This document shows positions 26,246-40,247 of a stretch of 64,000 nucleotides of DNA, piece by piece. This DNA comes from Eledone cirrhosa. Taxonomy: Eukaryota. Every line of letters begins with the position of its first letter. Positions within the stretch are counted from its first letter, which is position 1. The translations under genes were made by a program, and so were the position numbers. The stretch is from NCBI GenBank assembly GCA_964016885.1, contig OZ024763.1, positions 30,132,001 through 30,196,000 on the forward strand, read 5' to 3'. The notes beneath the pieces are model-generated. The model saw only the letters and a program-made list of their open reading frames with translations. It did not search any database and was not told where the DNA came from.

Positions 26246-26409
26246 CATATATATATAGACACAAACACACTCACAAACAATATATATATAGATTGATAGA
26301 TACACATATATACATACATATATACATGCACATATATATATACATAAATATATATATATATATGCATATGACAATGATATATATATTCGTACATACAATT
26401 ATACATAAG

Positions 26410-26442
<33 letters not shown>

Positions 26443-26510
26443 GTATATATATATATTTATATATATATGTATATATAGAGATAGATAGATATACACACAT
26501 ATATATATAT

Positions 26511-26590
<80 letters not shown>

Positions 26591-27234
26591 CTGTTCCTTG
26601 TTATTTTGTTTTGTTTTTTTTATGGGAAAGAGGAGAAAATGTTGGAAATTTTACAAAAATAAAAAAAAACATAAATAAAGTAAATATTTAAAAAACTATA
26701 GAAAAAAAACATTAAAAAAATAAAAATAAAAATAAAAATAAAAATAAAAATAAAAATAAAAATAAAAATAAAAATAAAAATAAAAATAAAAAACAAAAAA
26801 AAACACCCAATCGTTTCACCAGTTATTAATATTATCATTATTATTATTATCATTATCATAATTATTATTATTAGCAGCATAATCAACAACAACAACGTCA
26901 ACATCATCAATTTTTTTGTAGGGGAGGGGGAATTGCAGGATTTTTTATATATATATGTATATATATATATTTTTTTTTTGTTTATTCATCGTCCTCATCA
27001 TCATCTTCATCATCATCACCAATAAGTTTTTTTTGTTAAAAAAGACATTTAAAATTTTTTTTTATATTATGTGTACGTGTGTGTGTGTACGTGTGTGTGT
27101 TTGTATGTATGTGTGTGTGTACGTGTATGTGCATGTGTGTTTGTATGTACGTTTGTATGTGCATGCGTATGTGTGTGTTTGTGTATGTACATGTATATGT
27201 ACGTGTGTTTACTTTTGTATGTATGTACATTCGA

Positions 27235-27267
<33 letters not shown>

Positions 27268-27497
27268 TTTGTGTATGTATGACTTTTGTATGTATATACA
27301 TAGGAGTGCAAACGTGTGTGTGTTTGTATGTACGTGTGTGTACATGTGTATGTTTGTACATACGTACATGTAAATGTGTGTATGTGTATGTGTGTGTTTT
27401 TTTCTGTCCTAATCTAATACTGACATGGTTAAATTAATAATAATAATAATAATAATAATAATGATAATAATAGTAATGATAATAAGATAAAAAGAAG

Positions 27498-27530
<33 letters not shown>

Positions 27531-27757
27531 GATATATATATATATATGTTTATATATATATATATAAAAAATGAAGAAAAACACAAATATAACTGTTCGT
27601 TGTAACAATTAGCTTTTAGAGAGAGGGAGAGAGAGAGTTTGAGTGAGTGAGTGAGAGTGGTGTGATGGAGAGAGAGTGTGTGTGAGAGTGAGCTCAGAAG
27701 AGAGAAAACATACACACATGCATATATATATATATAATCATATACATATATATAATC

Positions 27758-27792
<35 letters not shown>

Positions 27793-28013
27793 ATCATATA
27801 TATATACATATATATATATACACATATACACAAATATACATATATACAAATATACAAATATAAATATACACATATATATATATATATCATAGATAAATAT
27901 GCATATATATATATATATACACACACACACATATTCATTCATACATACATACCACTCCGACGTTCTCTCACATACAAACATCACACATCTTTCTATCTCT
28001 CATATGCACATAC

Positions 28014-28060
<47 letters not shown>

Positions 28061-28157
28061 CAGAGGTGGGTTATATCCGCAATAGCAGAACACTCAGTCC
28101 ATGGGGTGAGTCTAGTAGAAGTAGTTCCACAACAGTTAGTTTACCATTTCCAAGAAA

Positions 28158-28198
28158 CCGAGCTGATGATCTGAATAAAGTGAAACAATTGTTCTCGG
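28158..28198 (+). ncRNA. Type I hammerhead ribozyme motif
   Basis: CCGAG-CTGATGA-TCTGAATAAAGT-GAAACAATTGTT-CTCGG: perfect 5-bp stem I, palindromic stem III ACAATTGT, GUU site; stem II weak. Confidence 0.7.
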
Positions 28199-28226
28199 AA
28201 ATGGTGAACTAACTGTTATTGAACTA

Positions 28227-28273
<47 letters not shown>

Positions 28274-28304
28274 AGAACAAAAGATGGTTAAAAGAGTTCC
28301 ATGT

Positions 28305-28373
28305 ATTTTATTATGCGCATTTCAAAATCAAATATCATCATGCAATAATATTTGTGTTTTCATCAGATAAAAT
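28305..28373 (-). ncRNA. Type I hammerhead ribozyme motif
   Basis: ATTTTAT-CTGATGA-(CAAATAT/ATATTTG hairpin)-GAAATGCGCATA-ATAAAAT: 7-bp stem I, palindromic stem III. Confidence 0.75.
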
Positions 28374-28583
28374 AGGATTGCATGATGATATTTGTTTTCA
28401 TCAGATAAAATATTACTGCATTTTGATATTTGTTTTTGAAATGCGCATAATAAAATACATGGAACTCTTTTAACCATCTTTTGTTCTTATATATTATGTA
28501 TACTCCAGTCCTACAAACTGGAGAGTGCTTCTTATCCGATATCTGCATTGCTTTATTGTACTACAATAAAACTCACCTCCTAC

Positions 28584-28656
<73 letters not shown>

Positions 28657-28700
28657 ACAGTAAGACCTTTTAAATGTCCCACACGGCTGAAAATATACGG

Positions 28701-28938
28701 GAAATTGAAATTGCAGCTGGGGTCTTTTAAGAATATTTATTTATTTACTTTACCGGTTTCACAGTGCTTATGATATTCAAAAGTTAAATTGAGATGGAGA
28801 GTCTGTGTTTCTGTTGTGGTCACCACTGAAACACAAACTCTCCATCTCAATTTAACTTTTGAAAATCATAAGCACTGTGAAACCGGTAAAGTAAATAAAT
28901 AAATATTTTTAAAAGACCCCAGCTGCAATTTCAATTTC
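28701..28938. repeat. Long near-perfect inverted repeat (~110 bp arms)
   Basis: GAAATTGAAATTGCAGCTGGGG... mirrored by ...CCCCAGCTGCAATTTCAATTTC with few mismatches. Confidence 0.9.
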
Positions 28939-29050
28939 TTTTCTACACACACACACATATATATACATACATGCATATGCCACACTCTTCATTTCACACA
29001 CACATCCATACATATATACCATGCTCTGCTTCTCACACACATATATATAC

Positions 29051-29103
<53 letters not shown>

Positions 29104-29137
29104 CACACACACACGCGCATATATATATATATATATG

Positions 29138-29188
<51 letters not shown>

Positions 29189-30140
29189 GTACATACACAC
29201 ACACATATATATATATATACACATATGCAAACTGCACTCTCCCACACACATGCCTCTTTCTCTCACTTCTTTCTCTCTCTCTCACATTTACATATGTATG
29301 ACAAGCATCCTACAATGAGTCTACTCACGGAAATTGCCATGCAAGTGGCCGAGTATTCCACAGACACGAGTACCCTGAACGTAATTCACCAGAAGACTCC
29401 AGTGTGTGACGTGGCTGGGTCTTTGAATTACAGGGTACAGTCCATCTGGCAGGCTTGCACGCAGTCTCTGCCCACCCAATGTCACTCACAGGACTTGGAC
29501 TGACCCAAAGCTATGGTCAACAACACACGTACACGTGCACACACATACACATACTGATACACACACTTGTTACAATATTGATGTAAATATAGAGGAGGGG
29601 CAATGGGAGGAAGAGGGGGAGGAGGGGGGAAGAGGGGGAGAAGAAGACGAACAAGAAGGAAAGAGGAGGAAGAAGAAGAATGAGAGCAAGAAGGTAAGGA
29701 AGAAGAAAAAGAAAAAGAAGAAAAAAAGAAAAAAAGAAGAAAAAGAAGACGAAGAAGAAGAAAAAGAAAAAAAGAAAAAGAAGAAGAAAAAGAAAAAGAA
29801 AAAGAAATAGAAGAAAAAGAAGAAGAAAAAGAAGAAGAAAAAGAAAAAGAAGAAGAAAAGAAGAAAAAGATGAAGAAAAAGAAAAAGAAAAAGGAAGAGA
29901 AGAAGAAGAAAAAGAAGAAAAAGAAAAAGAAAAAGAAAAAGAAGAAGAAGAAGAAGAAAAAGAGGGGGGGGGGGGGGGAGAACGAAAGACAAAGATTTTC
30001 AAACAAATTTGGTCAAGAAAAACAAGAAAAAAAGGAAAATTACAAACAAACAAACAAACATTATATATATATATATATAGACAATAGAGAAGGTTGGTGT
30101 GGCTTACAAAGGTGGGGGGGGGGGGGGCTCCCTCAATCCC

Positions 30141-30703
30141 TCACTCCCCTGAGGAGTTGGCAATGGAATAGTCCTGACTCCTTGGACGCTTACTGGGTGG
30201 TGGCTGGTAGCAATAGTTGCTGCTGATGATGTTGTTGTTGTTGTTATTGCTGCTGCTGTTGTTGTTGTTATTGCTGTTGGTGTTGACGTTGGCGGAGAGC
30301 GTGGCGCCGAGGCGGAAGGGCACTGGGGCGAAGTTCATGCTGTTCCAGGCAGCCTTCAGTGTCGACGAGGACGAAGAGAAGTCGCCTGCCCCTCCCACCA
30401 CCCCTCCCCCCGCGCCTGTCGTTGCCGCGGCGGCAGCCGCCGCCGCGGCAGCCATCGCCGAGCCGCAGTAGTCCCCCATTAGCGGCCCGCCGCACCCTCC
30501 TCCTCCTCCTCCTCCCATCCCGCCCCCCATCCCGCTGTTGCTGCTTCCGCTGACGAACGACGACGACAGAGGCGACGGCGACGATGACAGCATGCTGCCC
30601 CCGTTGAAGAGGCCTGGACCACCTCCTCCACCACCGAAGCCGCTCAGGAGGAAACTGCCCCGACCCCGGCCGCGACCATGACCTTGTAAACCTCTCATTC
30701 CAC
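30141..30703 (-). CDS. Probable terminal coding exon of a host gene; Gly/Ser/Ala/Asn-rich low-complexity C-terminus
   Basis: GC/CpG-rich island in AT-rich DNA; acceptor TTTCTCTCTATTTTCAG|GT at 30704/30703; open to TGA at 30141; contains GRGRGRG and PPPSKRPR. Gene not recognised. Confidence 0.7.
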
Positions 30704-30861
30704 CTGAAAATAGAGAGAAACGGAGACAAACATTATAATTTTATTGCAACAGTGGGATAACATAGTAGAAATGTATACTACAGTAAAGTAAGGAGTGCGG
30801 GACTGTTTACAGAATATATTTTTTTAACCTGTTTGTAAAATAAGTTGGATTACTTTGAATA

Positions 30862-31051
30862 AATAATTGTTTCTACTTTAGGCACAAGGCCAGCAATTAC
30901 CCAGTGCATTACTGGTACTTTATTTTATCGACCCCGTAAGGATGAACGGCAAAGTCAACCTCGGCGGGATTTGAACTCAGATCGTAAAGGGACGTAACTA
31001 TGCTGGAAAGCATGGCGTCCGACTCTCTACCGATACTGCCAATCCACCGCC
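30862..31051 (-). mobile_element. SINE family A, full length
   Basis: Complete head GGCGGTGGATTGGCAG through GTAGAAACAATTA. Confidence 0.9.
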
Positions 31052-31576
31052 ATACTTTATTATAGTATAGATTCATTACTTTGAATAAATAATGAATCTA
31101 TACTATAATAAAGAAAGTTGTGCGGGACTGTGTCCAGAATATATTTTTTTAACCTGTTTGTAAAATAAGTTGGATTACTTTGAATAAATAATGAATGAAT
31201 ATTACATAATTTATCTACTAAATGTCGTTATTCTTGATTAAATATGAATAATATTGTTGCTTATTTAAAGATTCACTTCTTTAAAATTTTCAAATGTCAA
31301 CAGTCCCAGTTAGCGATCGCTTAAATAAACATTCATATATTTCCTTCACTAATTTCTCCTAATGCAGTTTATATATAATATCATCTTTTTTTAATGTATC
31401 CTAGATTATGTTACTGATTACATAAGACAGTGTAACAACGTCTTCATTTAATTTCTGTGTATATTGTCAATTACGATTTTATTTGATGTATCATATCTAC
31501 ATGTATATATACTTGCGTATAATATCAATATACACACTACACATGCCACCAGAAGGGTGGTTTTTCTGCTAGTATA

Positions 31577-31730
31577 TTTGGGAGAAGAAGGATTGGGTGG
31601 TAGAAATAATTTGGGAGAAGGATTGGGTGGTAGAAATAATTTGGGAGAAGGATTGGGTGGTAGAAATAATTTGGGAGAAGGATTGGGTGGGAGAAATAAT
31701 TTGGGAGAAGGATTGGGTGGGAGAAATAAT
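31577..31730. repeat. 30-bp minisatellite, 5 copies
   Basis: TTGGGAGAAGGATTGGGTGG(T/G)AGAAATAAT repeated. Confidence 0.9.
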
Positions 31731-32058
31731 AGTATGTTGATAGTGGGATAATGTGGTAGAAGGATAGGATGACAGAGGGATAGGCAGGCTTCCATGCAGT
31801 CTCTGCCCACCCAATGTCACTCACAGGACTTGGACTGACCCAAAGCTACAGTCAACAACACACATACATGTGCACACACATACACACATGTACATACACA
31901 TACACTCACTTTTACAATGTAAATATAGAGAAGAAGAATATACACATACCATATATATATACACACATCTACACACACATACATATATATATATACATAC
32001 TCATACACACTCATATATATACACAGATATATACACACATATATATATATACACATAT

Positions 32059-32111
<53 letters not shown>

Positions 32112-32719
32112 TATATACACACATATACACACAAATATATACTCATATACACATATATATAAACACATAAACATACATATAGACACACACACATACAAAC
32201 ACACACACATATATATATATACATACATACACTCACACACACATGCACACATAGACACACACATATACATACACATACATATATACACATACACATATAT
32301 ATATATACAGACACACACATATATATACACACATACATACACACATATATATATATATACACATACATACACACACATATATATATATATACACACATAC
32401 ATACACACACACACAATATATATACACACATACATACACACACACATATATCTATATATATATACTCATACACACACATATATATATACACACATATCCA
32501 CATATATACATATACACACAAGTATAAATGTGTACGTGTTCCAATATGTCCCCCGTTTTAAATTAAATTCCAATGCAAGCCATTAAAAAAATGCCTTGCT
32601 GCACATCCGTCGAGTTTATGCACGTGCTATTATCAAACAGTTGCACATACTTATGCATTAAATGCACATCTGCTTTGCATTTTATTTGCACCTGTGAAAA
32701 TCAAAAGAAACAACCCTTC

Positions 32720-33295
32720 CACCACACCGCCACCATCTCCACCAGCACCACCATCCCCACCACCATCCCCACCACACCACCACCAACATCTCCACCACCA
32801 CCAGCACCTCCACCAGCACCTCCACCATCTCCACCATCTCCACTCCCACACCACCACCAGCACCTCTGCCACCACCACCATCTCCACCACACCACCACCA
32901 ACATCTCCACCAGCACCTCCGCCACCACCACCATCTCCACCATCTCCACTCCCACACCACCACCACCAGCACCTCCGCCACCACCACCATCTCCACTCCC
33001 ACACCACCACCAGCACCTCCGCCACCACCACCATCTCCACCACACCACCACCAACATCTCCACCACCACCAGCACCTCCGCCACCACCACCATCTCCACC
33101 ATCTCCACTCCCACACCACCACCAGCACCTCTGCCACCACCACCATCTCCACCACACCACCACCAACATCTCCACCAGCACCTCCGCCACCACCACCATC
33201 TCCACCATCTCCACTCCCACACCACCACCACCAGCACCTCCGCCACCACCACCCTCTCCACTCCCACACCACCACCACCACACCATCTCCACCAC
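32720..33295. repeat. CCA-rich compound minisatellite
   Basis: Recurring CCACCATCTCCACTCCCACACCACCACCAGCACCTCC modules. Confidence 0.85.
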
Positions 33296-33472
33296 TGTTG
33301 CAAAAAAAAATGTAGACACATTTTGATGAGAATGTTGTTGAAGTGTGTATACATTTGGGGGGACACCCTGTGTGTGTATATATATATATATATGTGTATA
33401 TATATATATTGTATATATATATATGCAAGCGTGGATAAATTGACGTTAAATGGAAATGATGATGAGGATATA

Positions 33473-33521
<49 letters not shown>

Positions 33522-33532
33522 ATATATATATA

Positions 33533-33701
<169 letters not shown>

Positions 33702-33731
33702 ATATATATATATATATGTGTATATATACAC

Positions 33732-33776
<45 letters not shown>

Positions 33777-33816
33777 CATATATATATATATATATATATA
33801 TACATACACGGATGTG

Positions 33817-33868
<52 letters not shown>

Positions 33869-33869
33869 C

Positions 33870-33901
<32 letters not shown>

Positions 33902-34187
33902 GAATGTATATATATTACACACTTTGTTATTTTATCTCTGGCTCTAATCCATTAAAGAATTAATTAATATAGAAAGATGAAGCAACAACAGGGGATAGAG
34001 GTAGAGAGATGGGTGCAGATGAAGGGGTCAACCACATAAACCCTATTTAGATGACCTTTTAATAAGGGCTGGAAACATATGCTGATCTAACAGACCACCA
34101 CATCTTCCCCTTACTCACTTTTGTTTTGTAGAACATTAAAACATTTCATAATAAGATATAAGAAGAGCTTAAGTGGAGAAGGAACAG

Positions 34188-37100
34188 GTTTTGTAATAAA
34201 ATATAATTGTTTCTACTTTTGGCACAAAGCGAGCAATTACCCAGAGTATTACTGGTACTTTATTTTATCTACCCCGTGAGGATGAAAGGCAAAGTTAACC
34301 TCAGCGGGATTTGAACACAGACCGTAAAGGGACGTAACTCTATGCTACAAAGCATGGCGTCCGACTCTCTACCGATACTGCCAATGTTTTGTAATAAAAT
34401 ATAATTGTTTCTACTTTTGGCTCAAGGCCAGCAATTACCCAGTGTATTACTGGTACTTTATTTTATCTACCCCGTGAGGATGAAAGGCAAAGTTAACCAC
34501 GGCGGGATTTGAACTCAGACCGTAAAGGGACGTAACTCTATGCTACAAAGCATGGCGTCCGACTCTCTACCGATACTGCCAATGTTTTGTAATAAAATAT
34601 AATTGTTTCTACTTTTGGCTCAAGGCCAGCAATTACCCAGTGTATTACTGGTACTTTATTTTATCTACCCCGTGAGGATGAAAGGCAAAGTTAACCACGG
34701 CGGGATTTGAACTCAGACCGTAAAGGGACGTAACTCTATGCTACAAAGCATGGCGTCCGACTCTCTACCGATACTGCCAATGTTTTGTAATAAAATATAA
34801 TTGTTTCTACGTTAGGCACAAGGCCAGCAATTACCCAGTGTATTACTGGTACTTTATTTTATCTACCCCGTGAGGATGAAAGGCAAAGTTAACCACGGCG
34901 GGATTTGAACTCAGACCGTAAAGGGACGTAACTCTATGCTACAAAGCATGGCGTCCGACTCTCTACCGATACTGCCAATGTTTTGTAATAAAATATAATT
35001 GTTTCTACTTTTGGCTCAAGGCCAGCAATTACCCAGTGTATTACTGGTACTTTATTTTATCTACCCCGTGAGGATGAAAGGCAAAGTTAACCACGGCGGG
35101 ATTTGAACTCAGACCGTAAAGGGACGTAACTCTATGCTACAAAGCATGGCGTCCGACTCTCTACCGATACTGCCAATGTTTTGTAATAAAATATAATTGT
35201 TTCTACTTTTGGCTCAAGGCCAGCAATTACCCAGTGTATTACTGGTACTTTATTTTACCGACCCCCGTAAGGATGAAAGGCAAAGTTAACCTCGACGGGA
35301 TTTGAACTCAGACCGTAAAGGGACGTAACTCTATGCTACAAAGCATGGCGTCCGACTCTCTACCGATACTGCCAATGTTTTGTAATAAAATATAATTGTT
35401 TCTACTTTTGGCTCAAGGCCAGCAATTACCCAGTGTATTACTGGTACTTTATTTTATCTACCCCGTGAGGATGAAAGGCAAAGTTAACCTCGGCGGGATT
35501 TGAACTCAGACCGTAAAGGGACGTAACTCTATGCTACAAAGCATGGCGTCCGACTCTCTACCGATACTGCCAATGTTTTGTAATAAAATATAATTGTTTC
35601 TACGTTAGGCACAAGGCCAGCAATTACCCAGTGTATTACTGGTACTTTATTTTATCTACCCCGTGAGGATGAAAGGCAAAGTTAACCACGGCGGGATTTG
35701 AACTCAGACCGTAAAGGGACGTAACTCTATGCTACAAAGCATGGCGTCCGACTCTCTACCGATACTGCCAATGTTTTGTAATAAAATATAATTGTTTCTA
35801 CGTTAGGCACAAGGCCAGCAATTACCCAGTGTATTACTGGTACTTTATTTTATCTACCCCGTGAGGATGAAAGGCAAAGTTAACCACGGCGGGATTTGAA
35901 CTCAGACCGTAAAGGGACGTAACTCTATGCTACAAAGCATGGCGTCCGACTCTCTACCGATACTGCCAATGTTTTGTAATAAAATATAATTGTTTCTACG
36001 TTAGGCACAAGGCCAGCAATTACCCAGTGTATTACTGGTACTTTATTTTATCTACCCCGTGAGGATGAAAGGCAAAGTTAACCTCGGCGGGATTTGAACT
36101 CAGACCGTAAAGGGACGTAACTCTATGCTACAAAGCATGGCGTCCGACTCTCTACCGATACTGCCAATGTTTTGTAATAAAATATAATTGTTTCTACTTT
36201 TGGCACAAGGCCAGCAATTACCCAGTGTATTACTGGTACTTTATTTTATCTACCCCGTGAGGATGAAAGGCAAAGTTAACCACGGCGGGATTTGAACTCA
36301 GACCGTAAAGGGACGTAACTCTATGCTACAAAGCATGGCGTCCGACTCTTTACCGATACTGCCAATGTTTTGTAATAAAATATAATTGTTTCTACGTTAG
36401 GCACAAGGCCAGCAATTACCCAGTGTATTACTGGTACTTTATTTTATCTACCCCGTGAGGATGAAAGGCAAAGTTAACCTCGGCGGGATTTGAACTCAGA
36501 CCGTAAAGGGACGTAACTCTATGCTACAAAGCATGGCGTCCGACTCTCTACCGATACTGCCAATGTTTTGTAATAAAATATAATTGTTTCTACGTTAGGC
36601 ACAAGGCCAGCAATTACCCAGTGTATTACTGGTACTTTATTTTATCTACCCCGTGAGGATGAAAGGCAAAGTTAACCTCGGCGGAATTTGAACTCAGACC
36701 GTAAAGGGACGTAACTCTATGCTACAAAGCATGGCGTCCGACTCTCTACCGATACTGCCAATGTTTTGTAATAAAATATAATTGTTTCTACTTTTGGCTC
36801 AAGGCCAGCAATTACCCAGTGTATTACTGGTACTTTATTTTATCTACCCCGTGAGGATGAAAGGCAAAGTTAACCACGGCGGGATTTGAACTCAGACCGT
36901 AAAGGGACGTAACTCTATGCTACAAAGCATGGCGTCCGACTCTCTACCGATACTGCCAATGTTTTGTAATAAAATATAATTGTTTCTACGTTAGGCACAA
37001 GGCCAGCAATTCACCAGTGTATTACTGGTACTTTATTTTATCTACCCCGTGAGGATGAAAGGCAAAGTTAACCACGGCGGGATTTGAACTCAGACCGTAA

Positions 37101-40100
37101 AGGGACGTAACTCTATGCTACAAAGCATGGCGTCCGACTCTCTACCGATACTGCCAATGTTTTGTAATAAAATATAATTGTTTCTACGTTAGGCACAAGG
37201 CCAGCAATTACCCAGTGTATTACTGGTACTTTATTTTATCTACCCCCGTGAGGATGAAAGGCAAAGTTAACCACGGCGGGATTTGAACTCAGACCGTAAA
37301 GGGACGTAACTCTATGCTACAAAGCATGGCGTCCGACTCTCTACCGATACTGCCAATGTTTTGTAATAAAATATAATTGTTTCTACGTTAGGCACAAGGC
37401 CAGCAATTACCCAGTGTATTACTGGTACTTTATTTTATCTACCCCGTGAGGATGAAAGGCAAAGTTAACCACGGCGGGATTTGAACTCAGACCGTAAAGG
37501 GACGTAACTCTATGCTACAAAGCATGGCGTCCGACTCTCTACCGATACTGCCAATGTTTTGTAATAAAATATAATTGTTTCTACGTTAGGCACAAGGCCA
37601 GCAATTCACCAGTGTATTACTGGTACTTTATTTTATCTACCCCGTGAGGATGAAAGGCAAAGTTAACCTCGGCGGGATTTGAACTCAGACCGTAAAGGGA
37701 CGTAACTCTATGCTACAAAGCATGGCGTCCGACTCTCTACCGATACTGCCAATGTTTTGTAATAAAATATAATTGTTTCTACTTTTGGCTCAAGGCCAGC
37801 AATTACCCAGTGTATTACTGGTACTTTATTTTATCTACCCCGTGAGGATGAAAGGCAAAGTTAACCACGGCGGGATTTGAACTCAGACCGTAAAGGGACG
37901 TAACTCTATGCTACAAAGCATGGCGTCCGACTCTCTACCGATACTGCCAATGTTTTGTAATAAAATATAATTGTTTCTACTTTTGGCTCAAGGCCAGCAA
38001 TTACCCAGTGTATTACTGGTACTTTATTTTATCTACCCCGTGAGGATGAAAGGCAAAGTTAACCACGGCGGGATTTGAACTCAGACCGTAAAGGGACGTA
38101 ACTCTATGCTACAAAGCATGGCGTCCGACTCTTTACCGATACTGCCAATGTTTTGTAATAAAATATAATTGTTTCTACGTTAGGCACAAGGCCAGCAATT
38201 ACCCAGTGTATTACTGGTACTTTATTTTATCTACCCCGTGAGGATGAAAGGCAAAGTTAACCTCGGCGGGATTTGAACTCAGACCGTAAAGGGACGTAAC
38301 TCTATGCTACAAAGCATGGCGTCCGACTCTCTACCGATACTGCCAATGTTTTGTAATAAAATATAATTGTTTCTACGTTAGGCACAAGGCCAGCAATTAC
38401 CCAGTGTATTACTGGTACTTTATTTTATCTACCCCGTGAGGATGAAAGGCAAAGTTAACCTCGGCGGGATTTGAACTCAGACCGTAAAGGGACGTAACTC
38501 TATGCTACAAAGCATGGCGTCCGACTCTCTACCGATACTGCCAATGTTTTGTAATAAAATATAATTGTTTCTACTTTTGGCTCAAGGCCAGCAATTACCC
38601 AGTGTATTACTGGTACTTTATTTTATCTACCCCGTGAGGATGAAAGGCAAAGTTAACCACGGCGGGATTTGAACTCAGACCGTAAAGGGACGTAACTCTA
38701 TGCTACAAAGCATGGCGTCCGACTCTCTACCGATACTGCCAATGTTTTGTAATAAAATATAATTGTTTCTACGTTAGGCACAAGGCCAGCAATTCACCAG
38801 TGTATTACTGGTACTTTATTTTATCTACCCCGTGAGGATGAAAGGCAAAGTTAACCACGGCGGGATTTGAACTCAGACCGTAAAGGGACGTAACTCTATG
38901 CTACAAAGCATGGCGTCCGACTCTCTACCGATACTGCCAATGTTTTGTAATAAAATATAATTGTTTCTACGTTAGGCACAAGGCCAGCAATTACCCAGTG
39001 TATTACTGGTACTTTATTTTATCTACCCCCGTGAGGATGAAAGGCAAAGTTAACCACGGCGGGATTTGAACTCAGACCGTAAAGGGACGTAACTCTATGC
39101 TACAAAGCATGGCGTCCGACTCTCTACCGATACTGCCAATGTTTTGTAATAAAATATAATTGTTTCTACGTTAGGCACAAGGCCAGCAATTACCCAGTGT
39201 ATTACTGGTACTTTATTTTATCTACCCCGTGAGGATGAAAGGCAAAGTTAACCACGGCGGGATTTGAACTCAGACCGTAAAGGGACGTAACTCTATGCTA
39301 CAAAGCATGGCGTCCGACTCTCTACCGATACTGCCAATGTTTTGTAATAAAATATAATTGTTTCTACGTTAGGCACAAGGCCAGCAATTCACCAGTGTAT
39401 TACTGGTACTTTATTTTATCTACCCCGTGAGGATGAAAGGCAAAGTTAACCTCGGCGGGATTTGAACTCAGACCGTAAAGGGACGTAACTCTATGCTACA
39501 AAGCATGGCGTCCGACTCTCTACCGATACTGCCAATGTTTTGTAATAAAATATAATTGTTTCTACTTTTGGCTCAAGGCCAGCAATTACCCAGTGTATTA
39601 CTGGTACTTTATTTTATCTACCCCGTGAGGATGAAAGGCAAAGTTAACCACGGCGGGATTTGAACTCAGACCATAAAGGGACGTAACTCTATGCTACAAA
39701 GCATGGCGTCCGACTCTCTACCGATACTGCCAATGTTTTGTAATAAAATATAATTGTTTCTACTTTTGGCACAAGGCCAGCAATTACCCAGTGTATTACT
39801 GGTACTTTATTTTATCTACCCCGTGAGGATGAAAGGCAAAGTTAACCTCGGCGGGATTTGAACTCAGACCGTAAAGGGACGTAACTCTATGCTACAAAGC
39901 ATGGCGTCCGACTCTCTACCGATACTGCCAATGTTTTGTAATAAAATATAATTGTTTCTACTTTTGGCTCAAGGCCAGCAATTACCCAGTGTATTACTGG
40001 TACTTTATTTTATCTACCCCGTGAGGATGAAAGGCAAAGTTAACCACGGCGGGATTTGAACTCAGACCATAAAGGGACGTAACTCTATGCTACAAAGCAT

Positions 40101-40226
40101 GGCGTCCGACTCTCTACCGATACTGCCAATGTTTTGTAATAAAATATAATTGTTTCTACTTTTGGCACAAGGCCAGCAATTACCCAGTGTATTACTGGTA
40201 CTTTATTTTATCGACCCCGTAAGGAT
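34188..40226 (-). repeat. Tandem array of 30 full and 1 partial 198-bp SINE family A units
   Basis: ATAATTGTTTCTAC recurs at 34203, 34401, 34599, 34797 ... 40146; each unit is a SINE body plus linker GTTTTGTAATAAAAT; few variant sites. Confidence 0.97.
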
Positions 40227-40247
40227 AAAATATAATGATATTAATAT

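Noticed and set aside
29535-30226. Lys/Glu-rich ORFs
   Set aside because: Purine-rich (GAA/GAAAAA)n low-complexity tract.
34188-40226. CRISPR-like array
   Set aside because: No unique spacers and no cas genes; whole 198-bp units repeat and match dispersed SINEs.
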